The position numbers and the translations under genes are program-made. The notes under the pieces are model-generated. The model ran no database searches. It had not been told where the DNA came from and saw nothing but the letters and a program-made list of their open reading frames with translations. A DNA stretch of 64,000 nt from Gemmatimonadota bacterium. Lineage in GTDB: Bacteria; Gemmatimonadota; Gemmatimonadetes; Gemmatimonadales; GWC2-71-9. The stretch is from assembly GCA_039586365.1 (NCBI GenBank), contig JBDHKN010000028.1, positions 23,746 to 87,745 of the forward strand. Direction: 5' to 3'. How positions within the stretch are numbered: the first letter of the stretch is position 1; each line of letters starts with the position of its first letter. Positions 46,915 to 57,754 of the stretch are shown here, piece after piece.

Positions 46915-47238
46915 GTGAACGCGCACAACATCTTCCAGCACCCGCCAACCGGCCTGCCCGAAGAGATGACCGAGAACCTGGTCACTCGAGCCGACTTCCG
47001 CATCGAGCGGATCGTTTCCAGCGGCCACTGTTCCTCGCCCGGATTCTGGTATGACCAGGCTGAAAACGAGTGGGTGATTGTCCTTGCGGGTAGAGCTCGG
47101 TTGCGGCTTGAAGCTGGTGGCGAGTCGGTCGCGCTGGGCCCCGGTGACTATCTCAACATACCTGCTCACGTACGGCATCGGGTGGACTGGACCGATCCGG
47201 AGCGCGACACCGTGTGGTTGGCGGTGTTCTACCGGTAG
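46915..47238 (+). CDS. Cupin domain protein
   Basis: RIERIVSSGH, WYDQAENEWV, IPAHVRHRVDWT, WLAVFY. Confidence 0.9.
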   Translation: MNAHNIFQHPPTGLPEEMTENLVTRADFRIERIVSSGHCSSPGFWYDQAENEWVIVLAGRARLRLEAGGESVALGPGDYLNIPAHVRHRVDWTDPERDTVWLAVFYR

Positions 47239-47348
47239 CGGCCGACTCCGTCGAAATGATTACCTTAGATGCAACTGTGGCAGGGAATGCGTGTCGGCAG
47301 GGCGCCGACGGTACGTGGGCACCATTACGTGTCGAACAAGGAGCTGAC

Positions 47349-47672
47349 GTGAGCGACGCTGGCATAGTCTTCGTAGATGATCAGGGGCGGAAGTGGCACA
47401 TATGCATGTTTCGGCGCAGCCCGGTCGGGGCCTGGGCATCGGAGCAGGATCGCTACTTCGCGCGCGAGGTTACAGTTGTGTTTGAGCGACCGGGCGAGGA
47501 GCGGGTCGCCCTCACGGCTTGGCGCCACGACTGGGATTCGGAAGACAACCTGCGGCGACTTTTCCCTCGTGCGGTGGAACGCCGCTCCGGCAGGGATCGG
47601 CGTGTAGCGAGCGTGGCTGTTACGGTCGAGCGACGATCCAACCAGGATCGCCGCGAGGCCGCGACTCACTGA
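47349..47672 (+). CDS. Hypothetical protein
   Basis: GTG after AGGAG; C-terminal ERRSGRDRR/ERRSNQDRR motifs. Confidence 0.6.
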   Translation: MSDAGIVFVDDQGRKWHICMFRRSPVGAWASEQDRYFAREVTVVFERPGEERVALTAWRHDWDSEDNLRRLFPRAVERRSGRDRRVASVAVTVERRSNQDRREAATH

Positions 47673-47707
47673 GTGCGCTAGATCCGCGGTTCATCCGCCG
47701 GGCGTGG

Positions 47708-48508
47708 CTACGGGCTTGTCTCCATCCGGGACTCGACACGCCTCACACCAGGTATGCCGTGCACGAGATCGCGCACCTTTTTGGCGTCGTCTAGCGAACG
47801 AGCCGTCCCCGTAATCGTGATTACCCCGTCTTTGGCCTCGATCTCGAGGCAGTCGCCCGGTATGGTTCTGTCCATTGCCAGCCGGGCTTTGATACCGCTC
47901 GTCACGACGAGGTCGTCCAGCATACGCTGAGACTCCGGAGTGGTCTGGAAATCTCGCTGCACAATCTCGGCGACGGTCTGGCAGGCGCTCGAGATCGGGA
48001 AGTGCTCCAAGTTGATCACGAAGTCATAGGTCGCAGGGTCGTTTCTATCGACACCGTAGACCCAGCGGACCCATGCGTCCCGTGCCTCGTCCAACTGCTT
48101 GATGTACTGAATCGCCCTGTCGCGCGTGCAGTTGGCGCGCTCCATCGCGGCTTTGATGCGATACTCCGTGTCGGCAACCACCTTCAATCTCAGATGGTGC
48201 GGGACCTTGCTGAGCAGCAGGTGCCCTGCCTGGCCTTGATAGACGACGTTGTCACCCTGAACTGCGCTGGTCAGTTCTGCCTGTACACAGGCGACGTAGC
48301 CACGCCTGGTGAAGCGCTGACGGTCCAAGAACCCGGGCTTGTGTGACAGAGCCGCTGCCAGTTCGTCCTGCGATGCCCCGAAACGTCGCGCCGTCGCTTG
48401 CACCAGCTCCTCCCGGGATAGCAGACGATAGCCGAGTGTCTTGCCGAGACACTCGGCCAGGGTCTTGCCGCCACTGTACGTACCTCTGGAAATCGTAATT
48501 ATAGCCAT
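47708..48508 (-). CDS. Cytidylate-kinase-like protein with C-terminal BON domain
   Basis: IITISRGTYSGG, YDFVIN; IEAKDGVITITG..IPGVRRV. Confidence 0.88.
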   Translation of the reverse strand: MAIITISRGTYSGGKTLAECLGKTLGYRLLSREELVQATARRFGASQDELAAALSHKPGFLDRQRFTRRGYVACVQAELTSAVQGDNVVYQGQAGHLLLSKVPHHLRLKVVADTEYRIKAAMERANCTRDRAIQYIKQLDEARDAWVRWVYGVDRNDPATYDFVINLEHFPISSACQTVAEIVQRDFQTTPESQRMLDDLVVTSGIKARLAMDRTIPGDCLEIEAKDGVITITGTARSLDDAKKVRDLVHGIPGVRRVESRMETSP

Positions 48509-48629
48509 TGAGTTCCTTTGTGCTGCTGCGGAGCCAAGGTCCGAAATGGTCGACTTCGCTGTGGGAGCGCACAGCTACAAGATAGCGTGCCACCGGTGTG
48601 TTGGGGCGGCGAGCAATCAGGCGCCAACT

Positions 48630-50195
48630 CTATGGGAAACGGTGTTGCGCAACCGAGTCTGATCGAAGCAATGGCGAATCGGGCCCCAACACCCTGGTCA
48701 GAATTCGGCGGGCGTGGTCTGGTATGCCCACGAGTCTCGTCTCGAGTCCGGTTGACTCCGCCTCCGCGATGACGGCCTGTAATACTTCGGCGCCGGGTTG
48801 GTCGATGCGGCCCAACTCGCTCAGATCGATCGTGAGCCGGCTCGCGGCCGGGTGGGCTGCCAACTCCCAGAGCAGTGCCTGTTGCAGGCCCGGTGCTGAC
48901 GCAAAGAACAGCACCCCTTCCGGTATCAGGTAGAGAGATCCGTCCTCGTAGCGCGATCGCACCAGCATGCGAAGCTCGCGCCACAGGTGCACCACTATGG
49001 CAAGCACGACGCCGACCATGACCGCTTCATCGATCCGAGGCGCTAGTGCCAGGGTCAGCAGGAACGTGGCCCATGCCACGGCTGCCTGGGGCAAGGAGTG
49101 TTGGAGCAGGGAGACCAACCGGCGCGAGACAATCAAACGCGCGACGGCGGCGATCACTATCGCTGCGAGGACCGCGCGCGGCAGTGGTGCGAGCACGGAC
49201 GCTACCGGAAGGAACAGCAACACTCCGAGGCCTGTTATGGCACCACTCAACCGGGTCCTGGCACCGACCATGCGGTTGACCGATGTGCGCGAGAAAGAAC
49301 CACCCACGGGGAAACCACCCGAGATCCCCGCGGCGAGGTTCGCCACACCTTGACTCACGAACTCGCGATCGGGGCTCCACGACTGGCGCTCTTGGGTGGC
49401 ATAGGTTCTGGAGATGGAGGCGGCCTCGGCGAAACCCACGAAAGCGATTACCAAAGCCGGCAGCAGGAGTTGCGGTAGCGAACCCCACGGGAGCGAGAGG
49501 GAGAACGGAGGGAGTCCAGACGGTACCTCACCCACCGTCGGTCCTTGGTAACCGGTCAGAGTGCTGAACAGGATCCCAATAATCACTGCGAGTAACACAC
49601 CTGGAAACAACCGGTGCACCTGACTGCCACCCAAAATGAGCGCGACGGTGACGGTCGCCAGCACCAGCGACTCTAGTTCCCAAGCAGCCGGATGGGCCAA
49701 TGACCAAACGGCTCGTCCGAGCAGCGTGCCTCCTGCCGCCCCGGTCCCGAGCGCGGTGGGAAGTTGCGCGGCTACGATGATGATCGCCGCCGCGGCCATG
49801 AACCCGGTGAGCATGGGATGGGACATCAGGTACGCCACCCAGCCGGCGCGCACGATGCCGAGTAGCAGCCGTATGACCCCCACTGTCAGGGCGAGTAGTG
49901 CCGCCAGCGCGATCCAGTCGGCGCTCCGCACCTCAGCGAGCTGAGCCAACGCCCCATACGCCAGGAGACTGGTCATTGCCACGGGGCCGGTTTGCAGATA
50001 GGGCGACGATGCGAAGACCGCCGCCGCTATCGGGGGCAACATGGCGGCATAGAGACCGTAATGTGGTGGCAGACCGGCCAGGTCGGCGTACGCCAGGGAT
50101 TGCGGGATCAGGATGAGCGTGACGCTCAAACCTGCGATGACATCACGAACCCAAGAAGGAATGCGTTGTGCCTGAACCGTGGCTGTGGTCCCCAC
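48630..50195 (-). CDS. SulP family anion permease with STAS domain
   Basis: DVIAGLSV..IPQSLAYA..AGLPPHYGLY, GGSFSRT, LFFASA. Confidence 0.93.
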   Translation of the reverse strand: MGTTATVQAQRIPSWVRDVIAGLSVTLILIPQSLAYADLAGLPPHYGLYAAMLPPIAAAVFASSPYLQTGPVAMTSLLAYGALAQLAEVRSADWIALAALLALTVGVIRLLLGIVRAGWVAYLMSHPMLTGFMAAAAIIIVAAQLPTALGTGAAGGTLLGRAVWSLAHPAAWELESLVLATVTVALILGGSQVHRLFPGVLLAVIIGILFSTLTGYQGPTVGEVPSGLPPFSLSLPWGSLPQLLLPALVIAFVGFAEAASISRTYATQERQSWSPDREFVSQGVANLAAGISGGFPVGGSFSRTSVNRMVGARTRLSGAITGLGVLLFLPVASVLAPLPRAVLAAIVIAAVARLIVSRRLVSLLQHSLPQAAVAWATFLLTLALAPRIDEAVMVGVVLAIVVHLWRELRMLVRSRYEDGSLYLIPEGVLFFASAPGLQQALLWELAAHPAASRLTIDLSELGRIDQPGAEVLQAVIAEAESTGLETRLVGIPDHARRILTRVLGPDSPLLRSDSVAQHRFP

Positions 50196-50512
50196 CGTGA
50201 AACCCCGTTGGTTTTGTGCGTGTGGTCTGGCGAGAAAAACGTGGCCGTCCTACCGCCACCTGCGGACCCCTGCAGTCTCGAGACATTCTAGCCGGTCAGG
50301 TCCACGGCTGACGTAGCCGGGCCGCTCCTAAGCTACGGTGTGCTGCTGGAGAGGGCCAGCATGGCGACCTCGTCGGCCGAGCAGTGTCAGGGGATCGACT
50401 GGGACGGTTAGGGCGTCCGGGGTAGCAACGCTGAGGCCGAGCCAAGTGGCCCGGCCTCGCAGTTCTCGAGCGTGAGCGGGTGGCAGCGATACACCCGCAG
50501 CCGGTTGTGTCG

Positions 50513-52162
50513 CTACAGTCTGACCAGCTCCACCCGGCGATTGTTCGCTTTGCCCTCGGGCGTGTCGTTGGTGTCCATTGGCTGCGATTCACCCCAGCCC
50601 TTCGCTTCTAAACGATCGCGCGCGACGCCGTATGACGAGACCAGATACTCCAGCACCGAGTTCGCCCGGTTCTGCGACAGCGTCACGTTGTGTTCGTCAG
50701 TGCCATCGCTGTCGGTGTGTCCCTCGATCGACAGCCGCAGGTTGGGGTCATCCTGCAGCAGTTGTCCGATGTCCTGGAGCGTCCTATACGATTCACCCTT
50801 GATGGTGTAGGAATCGGAATCGAACAGAATGCCGTGTGTGACGATCTTGCCGTCCTCATCCAGCTGCTCGCGCATGGTCTTGCCGCCCTCGGCGAACCGG
50901 AATCCCCTGATCAGATATGGATTGTCGGGGTCGCGGTACGGATAGGTACGCAGCCGGAACCCAACCGGCCGGAAGTTCTCTAGACTTGGCACGTTGGCGA
51001 CCCGCTCCTCATCGATGTAACACTTGATCGAGCGCGTGGTGGCCATGATGCGCATGGTGTGAACGCCCTTGGTGAGCTTGGTGTCCAGGTGTTTGTCCGC
51101 CAGTCTATCTCCTTGGATGTCGAGCCAAGTGCTCTCGCTGCTGACGATGCCGAGTTCACCGATGTTCTCTCCCTGGTCGTCCACCCAGTAAATGTAGAAG
51201 TAGTGGCCGGAGTAATCCGGGCCGTTGTCGTAGAACTCCAGCTCCACGGTGTACTTGGGTGGTAGCGGGGAGTCCGGCGTCTTGGGACGGATGTAGCCGT
51301 CGTCGGTTGCCATGATCCAGAACTCTCCACCCAGCCGCACGACTTCGTAGACCCCGCGTTCCAGCTTCCAGCGGTAGGGAAACTCACCCTCTTCCTCATT
51401 GCTCATATCGTCGTAGAAGATGACCTTGTCGCCCGGCACGAAATCGTACCTGGTGTATAGGGTCATGTCTTCTGCGATCTCAGGCGTACCCGCCGTACCG
51501 GCAGCGGCCCCCCCCGCTCCCTCGGCCACCTGCTCCTCCCCAGTATAGCGATAGAACTCGTCCGGCACCTCGTCATCGATCAATTCAATTGCCTGTGCCA
51601 GGGCCGACCGAATCGCATCCTCCATCGGCTCACCGTCATATTCACCCAAGGCGCCTGCCAGCACCACACCTTCGACCCAGTTGCCTCCGGACACGTCTGC
51701 GTCCCAGTTAGTTGACTTCGCCTCTAGCGACTTGCTCTTGAGAACGCGACCGTTTCTGTTGTCGATCAGCCTCAACTCCAACTCCAGTTCGGCGGATTTC
51801 TCCTCGACCCCGACCGCACCGAGCGCCCGTCTCCTCAGACCGCCCAAGCCGCCACCGCCGCCCGCTTCCGGCTCGAACGACTTGACTGAGCCGCTCACGA
51901 GGACTCCCGTGCCCCCCAACGCCGCCTGATCGGCGAGCACGACGAACTTCTGGGTATTGGCCAAGGCCGTGGACAACATGTCTCCGATCGCGGCGGTCAT
52001 GCTGGACGTGCAATCGTCCGCACTCGACGTGATCTCCCCAACGGCGATACGGGCTTTGTCACCTTCCTGTGCTGCCGCGGCACTGTCCGAGGACCCTGTA
52101 GAGCCCACCAGGAGTACCGCTACGGAAGTAAGAGCGGCCAGGTATCGTAGCGCCTTGTGCAT
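50513..52162 (-). CDS. OmpA-family protein with N-terminal CsgG-like domain
   Basis: Signal; RIAV..DMLSTAL..LRLID; YDFVPGDKVIFYDD middle domain; IEGHTD, LSQNRA, NRRVE. Confidence 0.85.
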   Translation of the reverse strand: MHKALRYLAALTSVAVLLVGSTGSSDSAAAAQEGDKARIAVGEITSSADDCTSSMTAAIGDMLSTALANTQKFVVLADQAALGGTGVLVSGSVKSFEPEAGGGGGLGGLRRRALGAVGVEEKSAELELELRLIDNRNGRVLKSKSLEAKSTNWDADVSGGNWVEGVVLAGALGEYDGEPMEDAIRSALAQAIELIDDEVPDEFYRYTGEEQVAEGAGGAAAGTAGTPEIAEDMTLYTRYDFVPGDKVIFYDDMSNEEEGEFPYRWKLERGVYEVVRLGGEFWIMATDDGYIRPKTPDSPLPPKYTVELEFYDNGPDYSGHYFYIYWVDDQGENIGELGIVSSESTWLDIQGDRLADKHLDTKLTKGVHTMRIMATTRSIKCYIDEERVANVPSLENFRPVGFRLRTYPYRDPDNPYLIRGFRFAEGGKTMREQLDEDGKIVTHGILFDSDSYTIKGESYRTLQDIGQLLQDDPNLRLSIEGHTDSDGTDEHNVTLSQNRANSVLEYLVSSYGVARDRLEAKGWGESQPMDTNDTPEGKANNRRVELVRL

Positions 52163-52219
52163 GAAAGCCTCCTAGTGGTGATCCGATGGACCGCGCCGCC
52201 GCCGACCGACGTCTAGCTG

Positions 52220-52642
52220 TCAGGTCAGCGCGAAGCAGTTCATCGGGTACATGTCTTGGTCTGCCAACATCACGTCCAGCGCCGCACCCAGACTGAGTTC
52301 GGCGCGCAGTCTCCCGGAGATGGTCTCTGGCAGGATGTCCGGGAAGTGCACGTGTACGCACCTGCTGAGCGCCAGGCTGGACCACGCGGCGCCGCCCGTG
52401 TGTACTCCATACCAGATCAGGAACTCTCTGCGGTCCGGGCGCGCTTCCACGGTGTAGGACTCGTTACGGCCGCCGCGTCCCTCAGGGCGGATGACGTACC
52501 AACAGAGGTCTTCCGTCGTGGCGTCGTTGACCTCGCTGGCAAGCTCTACTTTCAGGTCGGGATATTTGGCTCGGACGCTGCGCGCAAACTCGCCTTCCAC
52601 GTACTGGCGAATGTCTGCATTCGTTTGGAGTTGGAGGGCCAT
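52220..52642 (-). CDS. Hypothetical protein
   Basis: 140-aa ORF from ATG 52642; no recognised motif. Confidence 0.5.
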   Translation of the reverse strand: MALQLQTNADIRQYVEGEFARSVRAKYPDLKVELASEVNDATTEDLCWYVIRPEGRGGRNESYTVEARPDRREFLIWYGVHTGGAAWSSLALSRCVHVHFPDILPETISGRLRAELSLGAALDVMLADQDMYPMNCFALT

Positions 52643-52931
52643 TGTCGGCGCCCCTATGGCTGGGATTGCTGATACTTCTAATCTGCGCGCAATAACCGGC
52701 GGCGACAATAGTGCCGCGAGTTCGGCTCCGGAGCCGCAATGTGCACGGGTCGCTTTTGGCACCAGCGGTACGGGCGTCGTATCTTCGCTGATGGCTCGCA
52801 ACCTGAGAACTCCTGCTGTCTCGTATTCGCAGCGGGGACTAATAGCTATCGGCTGTGACCGCACTCAACAGGGGGACCGTCTGACGCGCTCGGAATGCTG
52901 CACGCGCTGCAGCCACAAGCGCGGACCTCAT

Positions 52932-54017
52932 CTGAGCAAGACCGCTCTCACCTTCGGGCTGGCATTCTCGGCCCTGTTCATGACCGCCCTCGACGCCCAG
53001 GTCGTCCACGGTCGCCTGATCGACGCAGCGACCGGTGCCGGAATCGACCGAGCTTTCGTGGTCATGTTGAACGACGACGGCAGCGAGGTTAATCGGGTCC
53101 TCACCTCGTCGGCGGGTGAGTTCATTCTCACAGCCCCCGGACCGGGCAGCTACCAACTCCGCTCCGACAGGATCGGGTTCAGGTCCGTGCTGACCGATCC
53201 GCTGCGACTCGGCGCAGATGAGACTCGCGAGATCCAGATCAGAGCTTCCGAGATCGTCATCCGTCTCGACACGATCACAGTCGAGGATGATGCCAAGGAA
53301 TGCCGAGTGTACGGTGAGCAGGGTCTCGGGACCGCCCTGGTGTGGGAGGAGGCGCGCAAGCTCCTCGCCGCTGTCGCGTGGGGCCAATCGCAAATGCGGT
53401 TCAGCTACGACACGCGCACCTACGAGCGTCGGCTCGGCGGAATGATGCGGGTGCTGGCGGAAACCGAGCAGTTGCAGTCCGGGCTGCGCGCGCCGCCGTA
53501 TCGCAGTGTGCCGGCAGATGTACGCCAACAACACGGCTATGCGTTCGTGAGTCGTGACTCGGTCACCTTCTACGCACCAGACGCCGAGGAGTTCTTCTCG
53601 GACGAGTTCCTGGTGCGACACTGCTTTAACCTCACCGAGGGGGATGATCGTCTCGGACTCATCGGTTTGGAGTTCGAGCCTGTCAGAGGTAGCGAGCTGA
53701 GCGATGTGCGCGGCGTGTTCTGGCTCGAGGCGGCGGTGTCCGAGATCAGGTGGCTCGAGCTGCGTTACACCCGCGTGCGCCCGCTGGTTTACGAACGTGA
53801 GGCGAGGGGCAGGGTCGAGTTCGATCAGATCCAAGGCGGCCCGTGGTTCGTGAGTCGCTGGTGGATTCGTGTGCCACGGCTGCGTGCGCCACACCCACTG
53901 GTCGGACGGTTCCCCAACCGCTGGATCAAGGACGGATACTACGAGGTCGGCGGTGAAGTGCTGCGGGTATTCGATACGGAGGGTAACCAGGTGTTCGATT
54001 CCGGCGGTGTAGGGTGA
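52932..54017 (+). CDS. Exported protein with carboxypeptidase-regulatory-like N-terminal domain (start uncertain)
   Basis: VHGRLID..TSSAGEF..PGSYQLRSDRIGF; signal-like segment just upstream. Confidence 0.75.
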   Translation: MSKTALTFGLAFSALFMTALDAQVVHGRLIDAATGAGIDRAFVVMLNDDGSEVNRVLTSSAGEFILTAPGPGSYQLRSDRIGFRSVLTDPLRLGADETREIQIRASEIVIRLDTITVEDDAKECRVYGEQGLGTALVWEEARKLLAAVAWGQSQMRFSYDTRTYERRLGGMMRVLAETEQLQSGLRAPPYRSVPADVRQQHGYAFVSRDSVTFYAPDAEEFFSDEFLVRHCFNLTEGDDRLGLIGLEFEPVRGSELSDVRGVFWLEAAVSEIRWLELRYTRVRPLVYEREARGRVEFDQIQGGPWFVSRWWIRVPRLRAPHPLVGRFPNRWIKDGYYEVGGEVLRVFDTEGNQVFDSGGVG

Positions 54018-54122
54018 CGCAGCAGATGGGGCAGCTCCGCGGCCTGGCTGCTGCGGTGTGCAGCTGGCCGCAAACCCGATTGGCACCGTCGTCTTGGTTA
54101 CGGTTCGCAACGGTTCATATCT

Positions 54123-54782
54123 GTGACTAGCGAAACACAGTCGGCCCGACTTACAAAGCGTCAAGTCGTAGCGGTCTATAGACGGCTGGCTCGGCGCTAC
54201 GATCTGTGGGCCGGGCTCACGGAGTCGCACGCGCGGCGACGGTGCTTGGATGTGGCCCGGATTCGAAATGGTGAGACTGTGCTCGAGGTCGCGGTCGGGA
54301 CCGGGATCATGTTCGTCGAGATCCTGAAGCTGAATCCGGACGGCGTAACGGAAGGAGTCGATATCACTCAGGAAATGCTGGCGGAGGCGCAGCGCAAGGC
54401 CGAAGCCATGGGAGCCACCGGCTACAGATTGACGTTGGGAGACGCATACGAGCTGGAATATCCCGACTGTCGCTTCGACGTTTTGGTCAACAACTTCATG
54501 TTTGATTTGCTGCCCGAACCGGACTTTGCGATGGTGCTGGGCGAGTTCTGGCGCGTGCTGCGCCCGGGTGGGCGGCTGGTGTTGGCCAACATGACCAGGC
54601 CGCGACGTTGGTATCAGGGCCTGTGGGAGCTACTGTATGGGCTCAGTCCCTCACTGATGGGCGGCTGCCGCGGTGTCGAACTGCTGCCCCACGTTGAGGC
54701 AGCGGGTTTTCAGGAAACACAACGTCATTTCGTCAGCCAGCTCACGTTCCCGTGCGAGGTGGTATGCGGCGCCAGGCCGTGA
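54123..54782 (+). CDS. Class I SAM-dependent methyltransferase
   Basis: VLEVAVGTG, GVDITQEML, GDA, RVLRPGG. Confidence 0.92.
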   Translation: MTSETQSARLTKRQVVAVYRRLARRYDLWAGLTESHARRRCLDVARIRNGETVLEVAVGTGIMFVEILKLNPDGVTEGVDITQEMLAEAQRKAEAMGATGYRLTLGDAYELEYPDCRFDVLVNNFMFDLLPEPDFAMVLGEFWRVLRPGGRLVLANMTRPRRWYQGLWELLYGLSPSLMGGCRGVELLPHVEAAGFQETQRHFVSQLTFPCEVVCGARP

Positions 54783-54828
54783 TCGGCGACCGTGTGTTTG
54801 CCCCAGGCAACCCGTAACGGAGGCAACC

Positions 54829-55221
54829 ATGCCTATCGATTCTTGGATTGAGCAGGACCGGCGCCGCGTTCGAGCCGAGGTGGTCGGAGACTTTTCCACG
54901 GAGGACATCCTGCGGGCGATAGGCGACGCCGTTTCGCATCCGGAGTTCGAGCGCGGCTTCAACATACTGTCGGATCATAGGCAGATCGGGCAACCGATAA
55001 CCACGACCCGGTTGCAGGAAATGACGAGTCATCTCAGGCGGCTTTCGGCTGAATTTGAAGGCTCGCTGATGGCGGTGGTCACGACCAAACCGGCGTCTTA
55101 TGGGATGATGCGGATGCTCTCGGTAATGGTGGAAGACATCCCGCTGTATGTGCGCGTGTTCGACAGTATTGCAGCGGCTGAGGCGTGGCTCGAATCACCT
55201 GACGGGAGCGCAAGCTTGTGA
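54829..55221 (+). CDS. SpoIIAA/STAS-SEC14-like small protein
   Basis: LSDHR, AVV..YGMMRM, RVFDSIAAAEAWL; RBS GGAGG. Confidence 0.7.
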   Translation: MPIDSWIEQDRRRVRAEVVGDFSTEDILRAIGDAVSHPEFERGFNILSDHRQIGQPITTTRLQEMTSHLRRLSAEFEGSLMAVVTTKPASYGMMRMLSVMVEDIPLYVRVFDSIAAAEAWLESPDGSASL

Positions 55222-55275
55222 GACTAGCGGCGCGAGCACTGTTGTGTGATGGTCGGTTGCTGGAGAGGAGCAAAC

Positions 55276-55434
55276 ATGGATAGGAAAGCTGCGAGATCTC
55301 GGGGAGCTTGGATGGGTATCGGAATCGCGCTGGGTGCCGGACTGGGCGTGGCATTGGACAATATCCCGGTTGGAGTAGCACTCGGTGTGGTGTTCGGTGT
55401 CGTCGTAGGTGGGGTCAGAGCAAAACGGGGGTAA
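55276..55434 (+). CDS. Small glycine-zipper membrane protein
   Basis: GIGIALGAGLGVALDNIPVGVALG; RBS GAGGAG. Confidence 0.7.
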   Translation: MDRKAARSRGAWMGIGIALGAGLGVALDNIPVGVALGVVFGVVVGGVRAKRG

Positions 55435-55480
55435 GGGCGATGAGGAGCAGGAACGCGATCGGCGCAGATCCGCCGCAGCG

Positions 55481-56209
55481 ATGTCCCGGGCCTTTGCTTG
55501 CATAGGTGACTTGCACGGCCAGCTGGGCCGCCTCGCCACAGTGGTGGATTGGCTTGCCCAGCGACCACTGACTGCAGTTCTCCTTGTGGGCGATTTTGCA
55601 GCCGGACCTTTCAATCGTCCGCACAGCGGCGAGGCAGCTCCACCGCTGGAAGCTGCACTGGAGATGGTTAGCCGACTCGAGCTGCCAACGTTCTACGTTC
55701 CCGGTAACCATGATGAACGCCGGCAGAATGCTCCGGGCAACGTGGATGGCCTAATGGAGGTAGTTGCCGGTATTCGCATCGTTGGCATAGGCGGTGCGGG
55801 TCCCCAGCGGCATGGCTTTCCCTATGAATGGAGCGATGAGGATGTCCGGCGACGAGGAGTCCCCCAGTGCGACATCATCCTTTCGCATGCGCCACCCGCT
55901 CGCACCAGGCTCGACGTGCTTGCTGGAACGCGTCGTCACCTAGGTAGCGAGGCAGTGAGGGAGCTGGCTGAACGTACTCAGGGGGCACTGGTGTGCGGTC
56001 ACATCCACGAGGCCGTCGGCAGTGAGCAGTTGAATCGGTGTCTGTGCTACAACACCGGTTCTCTGGGCCAGCCGTTTGGCAAGCGCCAAGTTGGGATACT
56101 CGACTTCGCCGACAGCGGCGAGCCAGTGAGACTGACTCATCATGACCTCGAGGGAGGTGGCAGCTGGACAGCGGGGAGCAGAGAGCAGAGAGCGGAGAGC
56201 AACACTTAG
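55481..56209 (+). CDS. Metallophosphoesterase
   Basis: DLHG, GD, PGNHD, SHAPP, CGHIHE, NTGS. Confidence 0.88.
   Translation: MSRAFACIGDLHGQLGRLATVVDWLAQRPLTAVLLVGDFAAGPFNRPHSGEAAPPLEAALEMVSRLELPTFYVPGNHDERRQNAPGNVDGLMEVVAGIRIVGIGGAGPQRHGFPYEWSDEDVRRRGVPQCDIILSHAPPARTRLDVLAGTRRHLGSEAVRELAERTQGALVCGHIHEAVGSEQLNRCLCYNTGSLGQPFGKRQVGILDFADSGEPVRLTHHDLEGGGSWTAGSREQRAESNT
56167..56201 (+). repeat. G(G/A)GAGC(A/G) heptamer array (5 units)
   Basis: GACAGCG GGGAGCA GAGAGCA GAGAGCG GAGAGCA at the 3' end of the phosphoesterase. Confidence 0.8.
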
Positions 56210-56394
56210 AGGAGGGGGTTCCAGTGGTTGAAGCTGACACAAGACCAAGACGTGCTCCGGGAGAGAGTGCAACTCTGGTCGGCCCGATCTGGTACATCGG
56301 TTGGCTGTTCACCGTTGCACTGGCACAGTTAGGGTGGTGGAAGGCCATCGTCGGACTGGTAATCTGGCCTTACTTCCTGGGTGCTGCGTTGCGC

Positions 56395-56421
56395 TAGGGA
56401 GGGAGCGGGGAGCGGGGAGCT
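56395..56421 (+). repeat. GGGAGCG heptamer array (3 units)
   Basis: TAGGGA GGGAGCG GGGAGCG GGGAGCT. Confidence 0.7.
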
Positions 56422-56568
56422 GGGTGTCAGAGTTGCCTCGGGTCCGGAGCAATGTACCGCGTGACGGAGGCTGCGGGTTGCCAGTAGCGCCGACACGCGG
56501 CAGATTCGGGCGACTCTCGCTAGTGAACGGAACGGATCAGATCGAGTGATAACGCGGTCTCGTTTACG

Positions 56569-57741
56569 GTGAAACACAAATCGCCGCCTGTCCCGCCCGC
56601 CAGACGAGCGACGGCACTGCGATCACTGGTTCGCGCAGCCGCCGTTGTCGTCCTCCTTTTCACCTTCCTACTGGGTGTCAACGGGCTGAGCGAGGGATTC
56701 AGATCGCTTGGCGGGGACCTGGTGCAGTTCTTCTTTGATGCCACCGAAAACCCGTTCGTTGGGCTCATGGTCGGCATTCTGGCGACGTCGCTGATGCAGA
56801 GTTCGTCGGTCACGACGTCGATGATCGTCGCCATGGTCGCCGCCCCGGAAAACCCCCTTCCCATTGCCAATGCCGTGCCGATGGTGATGGGAGCCAACAT
56901 CGGCACGACGGTCACCAACATGATCGTGTCGATGGCGCATATGGCTCGGAGGGAGGAATTCCGGCGGGCTTTCGGCGTGGCCACCTGCCACGACTTCTTC
57001 AACTTGATGGCGGTGGTCGTCTTTCTGCCGCTGGAGCTACTGACCGGCTATCTGCAGCGCACGGCAACGGCATTGTCGTCACTGCTCACCGGGATGGGAG
57101 GGATGGAATACGAGAGCCCGATCAAGGGTGCTCTCAAGGCTGGCCTCGAACCGATAACGTATCTGATCGGACTGGTGGTGCCGTCCGACCAAGGGGTGGG
57201 AGTCGTGCTGGTCCTGTTGAGTGGCGCGATGATCTTCACCGCTCTGTTGTTGCTCGTCAGGAACCTCAGGCTGGTGCTGCAAACCCGTATTGAGGTCCTC
57301 GTTTCCGGGGCGTTCGGGCAGCATGCGGTAGTGGCAATGCTGCTCGGGGTAGTGGTAACAGCAATCGTTCAGTCGAGCTCCATCACGACTTCACTGCTGG
57401 TGCCGCTGGCCGGCGCCGGCATCATCACTCTGGAGCGGGCGTTTCCTATCACCATAGGGGCCAACATCGGTACGACGGTGACTGCGTTGATGGCGGCGCT
57501 GGCGGCCACCGGTGTGAACGCCGCGGCGGGGATTTCAATCGCTTTGGTGCACTTGCTATTCAATCTGAGCGGCACTCTACTGATATATCCCGTTGAACGC
57601 ATCCGCGAGGTTCCGCTGGCGGCAGCCCGCTGGTTGGCCAACACGGTTGCCGAGTCACGCCGTTGGGCCATCATATACGTGGCTGCCTTCTTCTACGGAC
57701 TCCCAGCCGTGTTTGCGTTGCTCAACAACGTTCTCAAGTGA
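56569..57741 (+). CDS. Na+/Pi cotransporter (NptA/SLC34 family)
   Basis: Two QSSS motifs and two GANIGTT motifs. Confidence 0.93.
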   Translation: MKHKSPPVPPARRATALRSLVRAAAVVVLLFTFLLGVNGLSEGFRSLGGDLVQFFFDATENPFVGLMVGILATSLMQSSSVTTSMIVAMVAAPENPLPIANAVPMVMGANIGTTVTNMIVSMAHMARREEFRRAFGVATCHDFFNLMAVVVFLPLELLTGYLQRTATALSSLLTGMGGMEYESPIKGALKAGLEPITYLIGLVVPSDQGVGVVLVLLSGAMIFTALLLLVRNLRLVLQTRIEVLVSGAFGQHAVVAMLLGVVVTAIVQSSSITTSLLVPLAGAGIITLERAFPITIGANIGTTVTALMAALAATGVNAAAGISIALVHLLFNLSGTLLIYPVERIREVPLAAARWLANTVAESRRWAIIYVAAFFYGLPAVFALLNNVLK

Positions 57742-57754
57742 TTGGGGGGGCGCG

